The position numbers and the translations under genes were made by a program. A DNA stretch of 64,000 nucleotides from Klebsormidium nitens (taxonomy: Eukaryota > Plantae > Klebsormidiophyceae). Numbering within the stretch: the first letter of the stretch is position 1; each line of letters starts with the position of its first letter. A model generated the notes under the pieces. It had not been told where the DNA came from, searched no databases, and saw only the letters and a list, made by a program, of their open reading frames with translations. The DNA lies in the NCBI GenBank assembly GCA_000708835.1, contig DF236956.1:310001-374000 (forward strand), read 5' to 3'. Below, piece by piece: positions 1-11,436 of the stretch.

Positions 1-2701
1 GATGCCGTAATAGTTTTGCTTTACCGCGCGGATGTCATGCATTTGATTCAACGAAGCAGGACAATTGCAGCGCGTCCTTGCGCTCGATCGAATTGCGGAT
101 CAAACTGGATTGATTGGACCCGGCCCCCTTGACTTCACTGGAGGGAGATAATGCGCTACTAGCGAGCCGCCTGCAGCTGTGGAAGCATGCATTGATTTTC
201 AGCTAGTGTATACAGTAATTGCAACAAGCTAGCGGACTCGTGATCTGCGCAAGGCAGGCATGCCACATATAGAACATCAACGCTTTAAAGCGTACGTAAA
301 CAATTGTCACTTGCCCGCACGGCACCATGATCGGGCCTCTCGAGGTGGTGGCCCCAAGCTTGCTTTGGACTGCACGGACTGCAGTCGGACTAGACGCGTC
401 CTTGTCCACTAAGATCACGTAATTTGAGATGCTTTGCTGAAGGTTTGCTCTCACTTTTGAACATGGAAAGATTGTCAAGCTTCGGGTAGTCAAGTCTAGA
501 TATGCATCCTGCAAAGACTACCAACGTGACGCCCAGTCAAAACATTTCGGAAGACAGACTTGACCGGTCGAAGCGCGGCTTCAACTAGTGCTTTGACCCA
601 AACGACCGTAACAACATCAGCTGTCTTCTACGGGCAACCGCATTCAGCGTATTGCCTAAAAAGGTAAGATTGGCATCTTCTATACGTGCAAAAGCAGCTA
701 TAGCCGTGTTAACTTAGTGTTTTTTGAGCAGCCTCTGAGCTTCACAAAGGAAGCGGCTTAGATGCGGCCCACCGATTCCAAATAGCCCCTCCTTTAAAGG
801 TTTTTTTCAGAAAGACAGATGAGACGAGAATCTTCAGATGCTCAAAAGCCAGCTGTAGATACGATAATGCTGTCAAACCAGAGTACACAGGATGCGTGAA
901 TTGTCGGAGCCACCATAGGATGCTTGCATTCGAGTCGAAGTAATATTTGACATGCTACACTCCAGCTCTCCGGTATTTCCGAAGCCTGCTTAGACAATTG
1001 ACCTAAGCTAAGTCACTATTGGGTCAACGCTTTGCTGCTTTAGCCGCATAGTGCCTTTACTCACTCTCGTCGGAGGATCTTGGCGGCTTCAGTTAGCCGT
1101 TACCTCATGCTGGAGAATGTGTTTGCTTGATTCCGATCTCCAGTCTCCGCAGCGCCTCAAGCCTCTTCTCCGTTCTCGAACGCGTCCTGGCTGCAACCAC
1201 ATTGAGAGAAGATGCAACCCCTTTTGACATTCTCAGACTGTGTGTCCATCAAATTGGCCAGCTTCATTGTGCCTTGAGTCAATGGTGCAGCCAATGATGC
1301 AACGACACAATTTATTATCACGAGATTGGCCGGGAGTATTCTTCTGGTTCTGTCTCTGCTACATGTCCCTCTATGAAAGTTCTTCTTTCAAAGCAGGATA
1401 CTCAAGCTCAAGAGCACCCACAGGGACAGCGAAGTGCGTTAAGAGCCACTTGGAAAAGGAGTAGAAAGCTTTCTCGAAGTCATTTTACAGCGAGTGCCTT
1501 GCCTCTTACCTGATTACAAGACCTTCACTAATGACAAGTCGACATCGGGGTCGACCTGAGGAAGAGCAAGAGCAGCATCGATTTTGACGGGGCTTCAATC
1601 AGCGGTCTTAAGCCTGAAGGCATTATGCGGAGTCAATGGCTAGATGCTCTACTTAAACACCGCACTGCCATAGTCACGGATTCTTCCAGAAGCAGCCCAG
1701 AGAAATTTTTCGCATGCCACGTCAGTAAACTGCAGAACTTTGAACGATGGCTTCTACCGTTGGTAGCTTTTTACAAGATGTTGGGTGAAGATTGGAATGC
1801 AGACTGCGCAAACAGAAGACTTATCGAAGCATCCCCTTCACAAATCTCACCGGCTTCCATTAATCAACCACTTCTATGCCTTGTTCGCAAGATCCGCAAT
1901 GGTCGCGCAGACCCTGCGTGCAAGGTCGCGTGCTACCTCCATGTCTAAAGCTTAGCTCAGGTCGAGCTGATTCCCTCTTGGCGCTCCTGATCAAGTGTTC
2001 AGAGGCGAATGCTTCGCCAAGAAGGCAAAAAGCAAAGTTTTGAGTAAACAGAAAAGGCATCATGCAGTGAGAAGTTCCTCCAAAACTGACCTCATTGTCG
2101 CAGTGGCCGTCGGACTGACAGAGACGTCTTTGAAGTTGATGAAAGCTTGAACAACTTTTGGACGGATGTCGGCAGAAAGGCACCCTAGGCCGTGCTCTGT
2201 CCCGGTTCTGAAGGGTTGTCTCCAAAGCACCTGCCACAAGTGCTACTATTCTGCTGAGGATGTCTGCCTGTGCGTCGAGACAGGCATGCAGCGCAGCGAC
2301 CATGACGGTACGCCGCACGCGACGATCCGTGCGCGGCTGGTAGCCCGCACCGCGGCCGCGCACGCGCATATCTGCCAGGGAGGTTTGAAGGTTCTGACTT
2401 GATGCCGAAGCATGTGAACGCATCTGAACCGTTGCCGTGGAGAATCCAACGGTGCAAGGTCTTCGCGGGATGAGCTCTTTGATCGGCTCACATGTGTGCA
2501 TTCGTGAGCTGCCGGTGCCAGCTTTCAAAAGTTTGTTCCAGACAGCTGGGGGCAATGCGTTGATCAGAGCACACATGGAAACTTTGTTTCAATTTGTTTC
2601 ACCAGGTACTTCTGTTTCAAGTGTTTGCAAAGCTCTTGAAGAGGGGTGGGCACGTCTGATGGGTTCAATTCTGCATAGGAGATGACGCCTGCACGTCCTG
2701 C

Positions 2702-5700
2702 ATGGACTCTTGGCACCGCGCTGTAGAGCAAGCGAGAGCGGCCGCGGGGGCCAGGCGCCCGGAAGATACGCAGATCCTTAATTTGGATAGCAGGCTGAAA
2801 ATCAACAGCTTCGGGCCACTTGCAGCTTACGCGAACCTCCAGGATCTTTCCGTCTGCAGCGTGGGGCTGAGCAGCTTGGAGGGCTTCCCTTCGCTCTTGA
2901 AATTGAAGAAGCTGACGCTGAGCGACAACCGCATTGCAGGGGGCCTGGAGCACCTTGCGCACCTAAGTGCTTTGATCATTCTCGACCTGAGCAACAACCG
3001 GTTGGCGGAACTACAGGATCTAGCGCCGTTGAAACGGCTGCCGAGATTGCAGACGCTCGACTTTTACCAGTGCCCCGTGACTCAGCAGCCGCGATACCGG
3101 GAGCAAGTGTTCAAGATGCTCGAAGGGGTGAAGTACCTGGACGGGGCGGATCAGGAAGGGAACGACAAGCCCGAGTCCGACGAGGAGGAGGAGGAAGAAG
3201 AGGGGGAGGACGAGTATGAGGATGAAGAAAGTGACGGGGGGTTAGAGGAGGGGGTAGCGGTAAATGTGGAGGTGGCGGGAGAGGGGGATGACGATGAGGA
3301 TGAGGATGAGGATGACGAGGAGGGGGAGGAGTTCGAGGACGACGATTTGCAAGTCAGGGGTAAAGCGATTGGCGGTCAGTGGGGTGGCGGGGGTGAGGAT
3401 GACGACGATGAGGGGGAGGAAGAGGTGGAGGATGTGGAGGGGGGGGCGGAGGATGATGAGGATGACGATGAGGATGAGGGGGGGGAGTTTGACGGGGAGG
3501 ACGAGGGGGGGGAGGAGGACGACGATGATGATGAGGTGGATGAAGAGGAAGACGAGGAAGGGGGGGTCGCTGAGGAGGAGGATGACGGTGTGGAAGAGGG
3601 AGAGGAGGAGGTGAGCGGAGAGCTCTTGTTGCCCAGCTGTTGGTGGTAATTTCGGTAAAAGCGGAAGGGTGCCACCAATGTGCTTCGATTGCATTTCTTG
3701 GGCTGCTTTTTGACTGAATTAGAGATAGCTCGTCCTTGTTCTGCACAAGTGGCGTATCTGAGAGCATGTCGTGGTCCTGCTGGGTTTGGTAGTCCCCCAA
3801 TTTTGGCATCAAGATTTTCAGCGCCAATTGTGCTATGCACTGGAATCGGTGCGAAAAAGCTGCATTCAGGCGCCACGGTACTGCAGCAATAGAAGGAACC
3901 GGAAGATTACCGGCTACCGGATTGGCTGACTTTACTTTGTTCCATCAATCTCCTCGTCCCACCACACATGCTGCTGGTGGGTGAGCACCTGTTTTAGCAG
4001 GTGAAAGTAGTTTTAGGTCGTTGGCAATCAGCGCAGAGTTACTCCCTTGTTTGCTACTCGATTCAGACCCTGGACACTTTTCTTCTCTCTCCAAAGATGA
4101 ATTTGCAACAGCGATGCTGCTTGGAAGGAGCTTTGAGATCTAGCATCTCATGTTGGCAGTGTTTTTGCGCGACGCTTCTCTGTTTTCTGACTTCTGAGGA
4201 CAACCTCGTTGCGCTTGCTTTGCCTCCACTTTGGCAAGGGTCGCCTTCGGTGAGGGCGCCAACGATGCTTTGCCCCTGCTGCAAATGCTTATGCTTTCAG
4301 TTATCTGCTGTGTAGGCTTTGGTTAATTGTGGCAAGCCCTCAATGTGAGCACTGCGCTTTGTCGCGCCATCTACAAACCACTGCTGCTCGGAGGGCACCA
4401 TTATGCCTGCTGTTGCCCTGTTTTTGGCCCAATTAAGTCCCATATAGCCTGTAAATATGTTGAGAGAGAGGGCAATGCACAGCCGCTTATGTTCAAGGCT
4501 TCAAAAATCTGCAAGACAGGGGGGTTGCAAAAGAAGGGTTAAGCCACTCTGGTTTAGTAGGTTTATACTGTGAGGGCAAGCAGAAGCACTGGATTGTATG
4601 TGGGAGCGGGAAGGACAGCATTTCTGCTGGTCATATGAAATTGGGAAGGGTATTCTTTTCAGCCAAACCTGGAGCAATGTGCGGTTACCTGATTTGGTTA
4701 ATTGCTTCCGCGAAAAAGGCAGTTTTTGCAAGACTCTAAATTATCATATTCCTGGCTTTGGGCATTTGAGGTTGAGCGCGCTCGAGGCTGCAACTTCACT
4801 AAGGCAGACAAGAGAAGAAGATTCCAGCAATGTTCTATCCTGAGACATGAAGCATTCACTGTTGGTGCTGTTGTCTGTCTGTGTAGAATGCATCCTCCCT
4901 TTCCGGTAGCTCTACCTAGCTTTCCCCCATCCTGAGCAGTGGTTTTAGGTCTGCGTGCTTCTGCTAACCATTCGCTAGTTAACACCACTGGTTGCATCCC
5001 TCCTGCAAACCACAGGTGGTGGTTAGGTTGCATCCTGGCAGATGGTTGGATCAAATACCTTCCTGGCTGTCAACACTGCCTTCTTCCTAAGTATTGCTGC
5101 TAGCTTTGCAGGGCCTATTGGATTTGCTTTTATGCGGTTTACATTCTGAGTTCCGGAATGCAGCGGACCCTGAACTTCCTTGTTCCTTTCCAAAGCCCCC
5201 AGGTTTGAACCCCTCCTTCGAGGGATAGCAGGCGAATGAAAACAGCTTGGGCAGAGAGCTCAAATGTTGATATCCTTCGAGTTCTGAAAGACTGTGGTTT
5301 GTGTCCAAGTCTTCTCAAACCCCAATTCAAACCTTATTCTGACGTCTCCGCAGTGCACTGGATGGGGCATGCATGAGCAAAGCCAAGCTTCTCTAATTTA
5401 ACTTGTAGTTTTCACCTCGGCAGGTGCTATATCGAGGAAGACATGGAGCAATTTTTGCAACCGGCCTGCGAGTCTCCTTAACCCTACATGTAACCCTGCA
5501 GATGAAAGAACGAAAGTAGAAGACCAACTACGGGGGAAAGCCTGATCCGGAAACTCCGTAACTAATTCGCATCAGCCTCGATCCGATGGGCTAAACGAAA
5601 ACCTTTCTAACCCGGTCTCTTAACCCCGCAGGTATTGTGGAATAAGGGGAAAGGCAAGCATGGCAAAAAGCCAAAGATGCAGGTCTTAAAACCCTACAAT

Positions 5701-6887
5701 CAGCCCCAAGCAACCACTCTGCAAAATGCTCAATGCATGTTCAAGATTTTGCGTGTTAAGATTTCTGCAACCCTTCTAACCCCAATGTTAATCCTGCAGG
5801 TCGACGAAGACGATGATGAGGACGATGACGTGGACGATGACGAGGAGGAGATGTACAACACTGCGTACCTGGTCAAGGGTGACGGACAGCCGACCAAGGA
5901 CGACGCAGAAGACGCCAGCGATTTCGACGAAGACGCGGAGGGGGCAGACAAGGATGATGACTTTGAGGAGGAGGAGGATGACGATGAAGAGGGGGGCCTG
6001 AGTGAGTTTGATTAGTCTTGGCATGTCAAGTTTTGTAAACAAGCAACGGGGAGCATGGGTATTGATAATTGGGAGAGACGGTCTTTGTTTTGATCGTTTC
6101 AATCTTTTTGCTTCTGTTTTTGGGGATCTGCTTCCCGATCTCTGTTTCCGCAACGAGGGGGCGTCATCCTCTCCGCAGGGCTTAGCGTGGAAGTTGTATG
6201 GGAGAACGTACGGAAAGGGCTCGTTGGCGAGCCAGCATTGATCGTCCGAGCTTCTTGTCCATGAAACAACGAGTTGCGTTGTCATGGGCAGATTGCAAAT
6301 AAGGTTTGGGTTATCCTTTAGTCAATTTAGTGCTTGGTTATTACTTTTACTCCCCGCTGCTTAGCCTTTCGCATATGCCCTGAGGTAAAAGCGGCTCTTG
6401 CTATTTCTGCTCGACTATGTGCTTTGTAGCAAGGTTTTAAGAGCAGAGGGGTTGAGACGCGTAATTGATGTCAACCCATATGCATACTTGCGGCACGACT
6501 CTTGTACTGGTGGCAACCAGTGTTGAGGAACTGATAAGTGGGGACCTATCTTCTGGTAGTAAGGCCAATCGCCTACCAAACAGAGATCGTCCCGGCCTTA
6601 AAGCATTGTTTGACAAAATGGCGTTGCTGATGGCTGTATCAGAACGTGAAAAAGGAAGATTGACCGGTGACTTCGCTTCAAAAAGCAGGTCATGATGGTT
6701 TAGAAGCAGACACGACTCTTTCGAGACAATTTATGTCCTGCTGATATATGAGCATGTTATTCCCCCCGTAGGTGGCCCGAGCAATAAGCGGAAACGCGGG
6801 GAGGCGGAGCTGGAGGAGGTTGATGACGAAGACGACGACGAAGGCGAGTTTGACGATGACGACGAGGACGAAGTGGACGAGGAGTAG
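2702..6887 (+). CDS. ANP32: Acidic leucine-rich nuclear phosphoprotein 32 family protein (ANP32/LANP-like); exons 2702-3610, 5800-6001, 6772-6887
   Basis: N-terminal LRRs (LKKLTLSDNRI, LIILDLSNNRL, LQTLDFYQCPV), LRRcap (YREQVFKMLEGVKYLDG), very long D/E tail and C-terminal NLS-like SNKRKR. GT-AG junctions keep phase (0, then 1) and end at TAG 6885-6887. Confidence 0.9.
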
Positions 6888-8244
6888 TGCCACTTGTCAA
6901 AATCCGCTTGGCTTTCTTAGGAGATGAGGTCATTTCTTTTCCACCATCTCTCAAAGTCGGTCAAATGCCTTCGGTGACTCAGGTCGAGGGCGGAAAGCCG
7001 CTAGGCCTCCTTAGAAGAGAAGTAAAGGTGTTTGGGGCGGAGGAAGTAAAGCGTCTAGTAAGGTCGCTAGGCTGAGCGGGCCTCTAACGCGGCTTTTCGC
7101 CACACGGTCGTCCGTACTCGGGCATTCTAGGTTTTGGCCAAAATCAAAGTGCACTGAGGTGTTGTAGACAGCAATTCTCGACTATCGTTTTCAAGTGCGA
7201 GCGAATAGTCTTCAAAGACATTTGCTTTTACTCCGGCAACACTTGCGAAAATGTCTCCCGATGCAATGGATTCAATCACTTGTCTTTCATCCTTCATGCC
7301 AATGCTGTTGAGTATCCATTGATACAAGTAAAGGGGATTAGCAGAATCCATGAATCTGTGTGATCGAAGGTATTGGTGTCGCAAACGGTGCTGTCAAAAT
7401 CTGCCAAAGAGTACGTACAAATGCTGTCTGCTCATGCTGCTGACTTGACCGGACAGCCTGACGGATCATGGAGAATGATACGCGGCGATAGAGTTCGATT
7501 CATGCACTTGCTGGCCGCTTATGTCACCTCAAGGCTGATTGTCTGCACGCTTGTGCCCGGCCGGCCACATTGAACTTCATTCCATTTGAACGATTTCTGA
7601 ACCCCGCCCCGGGAGTCAAGGGCTGCCTGCGTAACTGCGTCCTCTGCCCGTACCCCCACAAGATGGCAAAATCCATTGTAATGCCAGGTTCACAAGTCCG
7701 TCACGCCCTGCGCTGTTGGATTTACTGTCCTGCAACTAATTTTTCAAGTTTAATAGTGGACGGTTCAATCCTAGTATCATAGGCGATAGATCCAACAGTG
7801 CTACACCTCTTGCGGTCTTGGTATCAATGAATCCGGTCCGCGCTCGCGGGCAATTCCGCGATTCCCATGCAAACATTATGTCATCGTTTTCAGAAAGTCC
7901 CCAATGATGTGTAGTACCAACCGATCCATATGGTTTCATTACTCCGTCCGACCGTTTTACCGGTACGGAACATGGGCATGTGTACGTCTGGGTCCTCATA
8001 CTATGCAGGCCCAAAAGAGGATAGCAAGTTAGTTCTTAGGAACTAGCGGTGGCGCGTACGCAGGGTATATCGCGACAAGGGCAGCAGAGGCCTCTTGCGT
8101 TCACTAGCCATTGTGCCACATACAGTCCGGCAAGCAACCGTCCATCGTCTCCACGTCCACACGTCCTTGCATTCAATCATCGATCTATCAGTGGTCACAT
8201 ATTACGGACACAACAACCAGCTGACCAGCTGCCCTGCCTACTAT

Positions 8245-8523
8245 AGGCCTATCCTGGGCCCGGAGGTCGCAGAGTCGCGGTGAAAGTCGCGGACGAAAGT
8301 CGCGCGAAGTCGCGGAAAGTCGCGGAACGTCGCGCAGATCTGCAAATATCTAAATGCAAATCATTCTTGAAAACATGTTTGTCAAAGCTTTGTAAGGTTT
8401 CGATGAAAGTCGCGAAGATCGCGAAACAAAGTCGCGGAGCAGTCGCGTAAAGTCGCGCAGAATCGCGGAAAGTCGCGCAATGTCGCGGGCAACTTTGGCA
8501 ACCTCCGGGCCCAGGATAGGCCT
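8245..8523. mobile_element. Non-autonomous DNA transposon (MITE-like), 279 bp
   Basis: Perfect 23-bp inverted repeats AGGCCTATCCTGGGCCCGGAGGT (8245-8267) and its reverse complement (8501-8523). Flanked by direct repeat TACTAT (8239-8244 and 8524-8529). Interior filled with about 15 same-orientation copies of (AAAG)TCGCG. Confidence 0.8.
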
Positions 8524-9517
8524 TACTATAGTGTTACTCAGATTTACACTGGGTCCCGCCAATTAGGCAAAGATGCTAGGAGTATTGCCAAAGTTTTTAA
8601 TAGTACAAACTCAAATGATCGCCGCACTGAGTACTGGTCTTGCGCCATGTTGAAAATGTCAAGATGCCAAGCTTGTCAGGACGGATGCCACTTGACTCAT
8701 TTGAGATGCATTTTAATAAGTATTACTATCATAGCTTGAAAGTTGAAACTTATCCCGCACGGTCGACCAGATACTATGATTCTCTTTACTGAACTTCTCA
8801 GCACACGTTGTCCATAGAATCGCGCCCTCTTTCTACATAAAAACTCGTTCATCGTCGAAACCGCCGGATTCGGAGCCGTGGGCCCTGGCAATTTTGAGTT
8901 TAGCGACAGAATGTTCTGACGGATCTTACCTCACGTCATTTGCATCGAACTGAATTTACAGCCATTTTGAGAGGCCGTCGAAAACTCTGCCCCGGGGAAC
9001 TTTATTAGAGCGACGGTCTCGGTGTGTTCTGCACGCAGAAAGTCGCTGCATTTCACGACCCGGGGGAAGAAGACAAAAGTAGATTTGATATCTTGGAATG
9101 TTTCAGTTACGAACTCGGGTTTAGTAACGATCGGCGTACCGGTGATCGCTGTTGACCTAGTCGTCAATCCCGGTTGATTCTATCACGCTAGCCGGTCATG
9201 CAAAACTCCTACAACAATCACTCCGGCATCCCGGTAGTTAGCCTCGGTACTTCGTTCCACGCTTCTGGCAACCTTGGTGCCCGGCGATCTGTAGGCGAAG
9301 TTCAGTATCACCTCGTAGATTAGTTTAGCATGATACCAAGTATACGGTAGTAGGCGTTGCCAGGACACGTCGCGGCCGCGGGAGACGGCCGGCCGCCCCA
9401 GCCGGGCACGGCCGACGGCCGCAAATGAACTTGATAATCTACAAAACCCAAACCCCCTTTCTTTTGGAGTATATAGATTTACGGAGCATTTCCGAATGAT
9501 GCCGAACGATTTTGATA

Positions 9518-9632
9518 GCCTCCGTAGCTCAGTCGGTTAGAGCGTGGGTCTTATGTGACCACATTGGGGCCTTCACCGGTCCCTGGGCCCTGATATAGCC
9601 CAAGGTCGTGGGTTCGATTCCCTCCGGAAGCA
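9518..9632 (+). tRNA. tRNA-Ile (anticodon UAU) with 41-nt intron (9556-9596) at canonical 37/38 position; possibly degenerate
   Basis: Acceptor GCCTCCG/CGGAAGC, D arm GCTC..GAGC, anticodon stem TGGGT/GCCCA with loop CT-TAT-G|A, T loop TTCGATT, discriminator A, followed by T tract. Two stem mismatches (C3-A70, U50-U64). Confidence 0.8.
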
Positions 9633-9640
9633 CTCTTTTT

Positions 9641-9815
9641 GGCAGGCACTTCTTTCCGGTAATGTTACTTCTTTTTGGAAGGCATTCGAATTGGCAGGCA
9701 CTTCTTTTCCCCTTCTTTTTAGCAGGCACTTCTTTTTGGAAGGCATTCTGTTTGGCAGGCGGTTCTTTTTGGAAGGCGGGCAATTCTTTTTGGCGGGCAC
9801 TTCTTTTTCTCTTTT
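9641..9815 (+). repeat. Degenerate tandem repeat GGCAGGCACTTCTTTTT(GGAA), about 6-8 copies, directly 3' of the tRNA
   Basis: Repeated GGCAGGCACTTCTTT / TTCTTTTTGGAAGGC motifs seen directly, each with a T4-5 run. Confidence 0.7.
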
Positions 9816-11436
9816 TCAGTTTGGCAGATCCATTCTTTATCACGAAGGAATAGAAGCGTGACAAGGGGTGGACAAGAAGGTACACTCTCTCAATCAGCAA
9901 GCTTTTGGATCAAAAAAGGTGCACGACAAGCACGAGCTTACTAATCTTTCCTTTGTTTCAATTCTCAGAAAACGCCGATCGTAAAGTGACATGCGCTTAC
10001 ATGTTTATGAAATTTCTAGCTGTGCATGAGAGCACTTTCCGGCCATGAAACCAGAATCTTCAACATTTTCATAATTGGGTAGGGTACGCGTAATATGGAT
10101 TGCTCAACAAAAGGATGGGCACAAGGCCGGCCAGCTTTCTCCAATGATGTTTTCGTCGCCTTCAACGTGAACGATTTGGATTTTCGACCCCAGAAACTCA
10201 ACGAAGCTCAGGAGTTCCGTAGCAGAAACTGCACACTCAATTCTCCAACTTTTTGTACCTCATTCGTTTTGGGGCTTATATACAATAGCTCGAGAGCACT
10301 TGGAAAATAGTCCCCAATGAGGACGTATGCTTAATGGCTGAATGTGGCTTAAGGGCGTAATTAAATTACATCGGAAGTTCCCATTGTCCCAGAACCTGGC
10401 ACCTCGACAAAGACAAAACGGAATCCGGGATCGTGTCTTGCACATACATGAATAAGACTTATCCCATCCTAAATATCATTGCCCGGGCACCCCATGGAAA
10501 CTATCGTACCACCTTGAACTCGGAACCAATTGGAAATCTACGATTGCATAGAACAATTATATTCAAGCTTGATTTCAAAGCGGGCGGCCGGTATCAGGCC
10601 GTCACGTACCATCAATTTGAGTGTCATGGTCCACACTTCAAGCACCCGACATCCAATGCCATCGGCACGTGATCCAAACAATCTGCGTGAGCATGATCTA
10701 AACTTGCCGACTTGAATGCATGTTCTCGGTTGACTTCCAATTAAATTGCTCAGCAGCAACTGTGATAGAGCCTTATATCCTCGCAAAAATCAGAGGTCGA
10801 GAGTCTGTGAAGCGGAACCCAATATGTACAGTCTCCTAAAGTGCAGGTGGTTCTATGTAAGGCACTTGTATCCGATCTCCCGGAAGGCCTCCTTCCATGT
10901 CCGCGTGCAGTATTTGCCTAAGCCGCATTGCAATGGGTCCAGGTACGCCTGCCGAACAGAAAGGAGTTGATGTCAAAAGCAAACAAGAACTTCGCCTCTA
11001 CCTCGTAGCTTGATTCACGCTTCCAAAGCCAGTCGTTACGCCAGTCGTACCCAACTGGAAACGGAACAGATTGCCAAGATCGTTCTATTGCATGAGGGAC
11101 TGTAACCTCCGTATCGCCAACGACAGTAAAGTCGACTGCATTCTGGTCGCGAAGGAGCAACAACCGTGACGCTCTTCGCCCTCATTTTCGGGGACGAGCC
11201 CTTCACTACCTCCGACAAAGAAGTATAAAGAGTTCTTTGATATTCCGCCTCTTTTCAATTGTTTTATGATTCCTCTTACACCGCAGATGACTCCCTCAAT
11301 CTATTGGGAGGAGACGCCGGCATTTTGGGCCTCACGCAAGAAGATATCGACAAAGCAACAACGGTGAAAGCTAGGATTCTAGTCGCCCATCTCAAGCACG
11401 TGCTCCAGTTAAAATGCGCCACGTGGCACCTCTCAC

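Noticed and set aside
1100-2390. Possible small minus-strand spliced gene divergent from ANP32 (GC-rich MRVRGRG...LETTLQNRDRA segment at about 2200-2370, candidate exons near 1500-1545 and 1105-1190)
   Set aside because: No recognisable domain, and I could not assemble phase-consistent exons.
3242-3876. Long Pro/His/Ser/Leu-rich ORFs overlapping ANP32
   Set aside because: Shadow frames of the GAG/GAT/GAC acidic tail.
8266-8490. Repeat array as a CRISPR-like locus
   Set aside because: Repeats are 5-9 nt with 0-6-nt spacers in a eukaryotic MITE, with no cas genes.
7127-9368. Minus-strand ORF fragments around the MITE (e.g. 8931-9167, 9183-9368 in the same frame) as a possible transposase or viral relic
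   Set aside because: Interrupted by consecutive stops, with no motif I can identify.
10918-11230. Candidate terminal exon of the D-AAT gene
   Set aside because: None of the three frames gives a convincing class IV C-terminus, so it is left unassigned.
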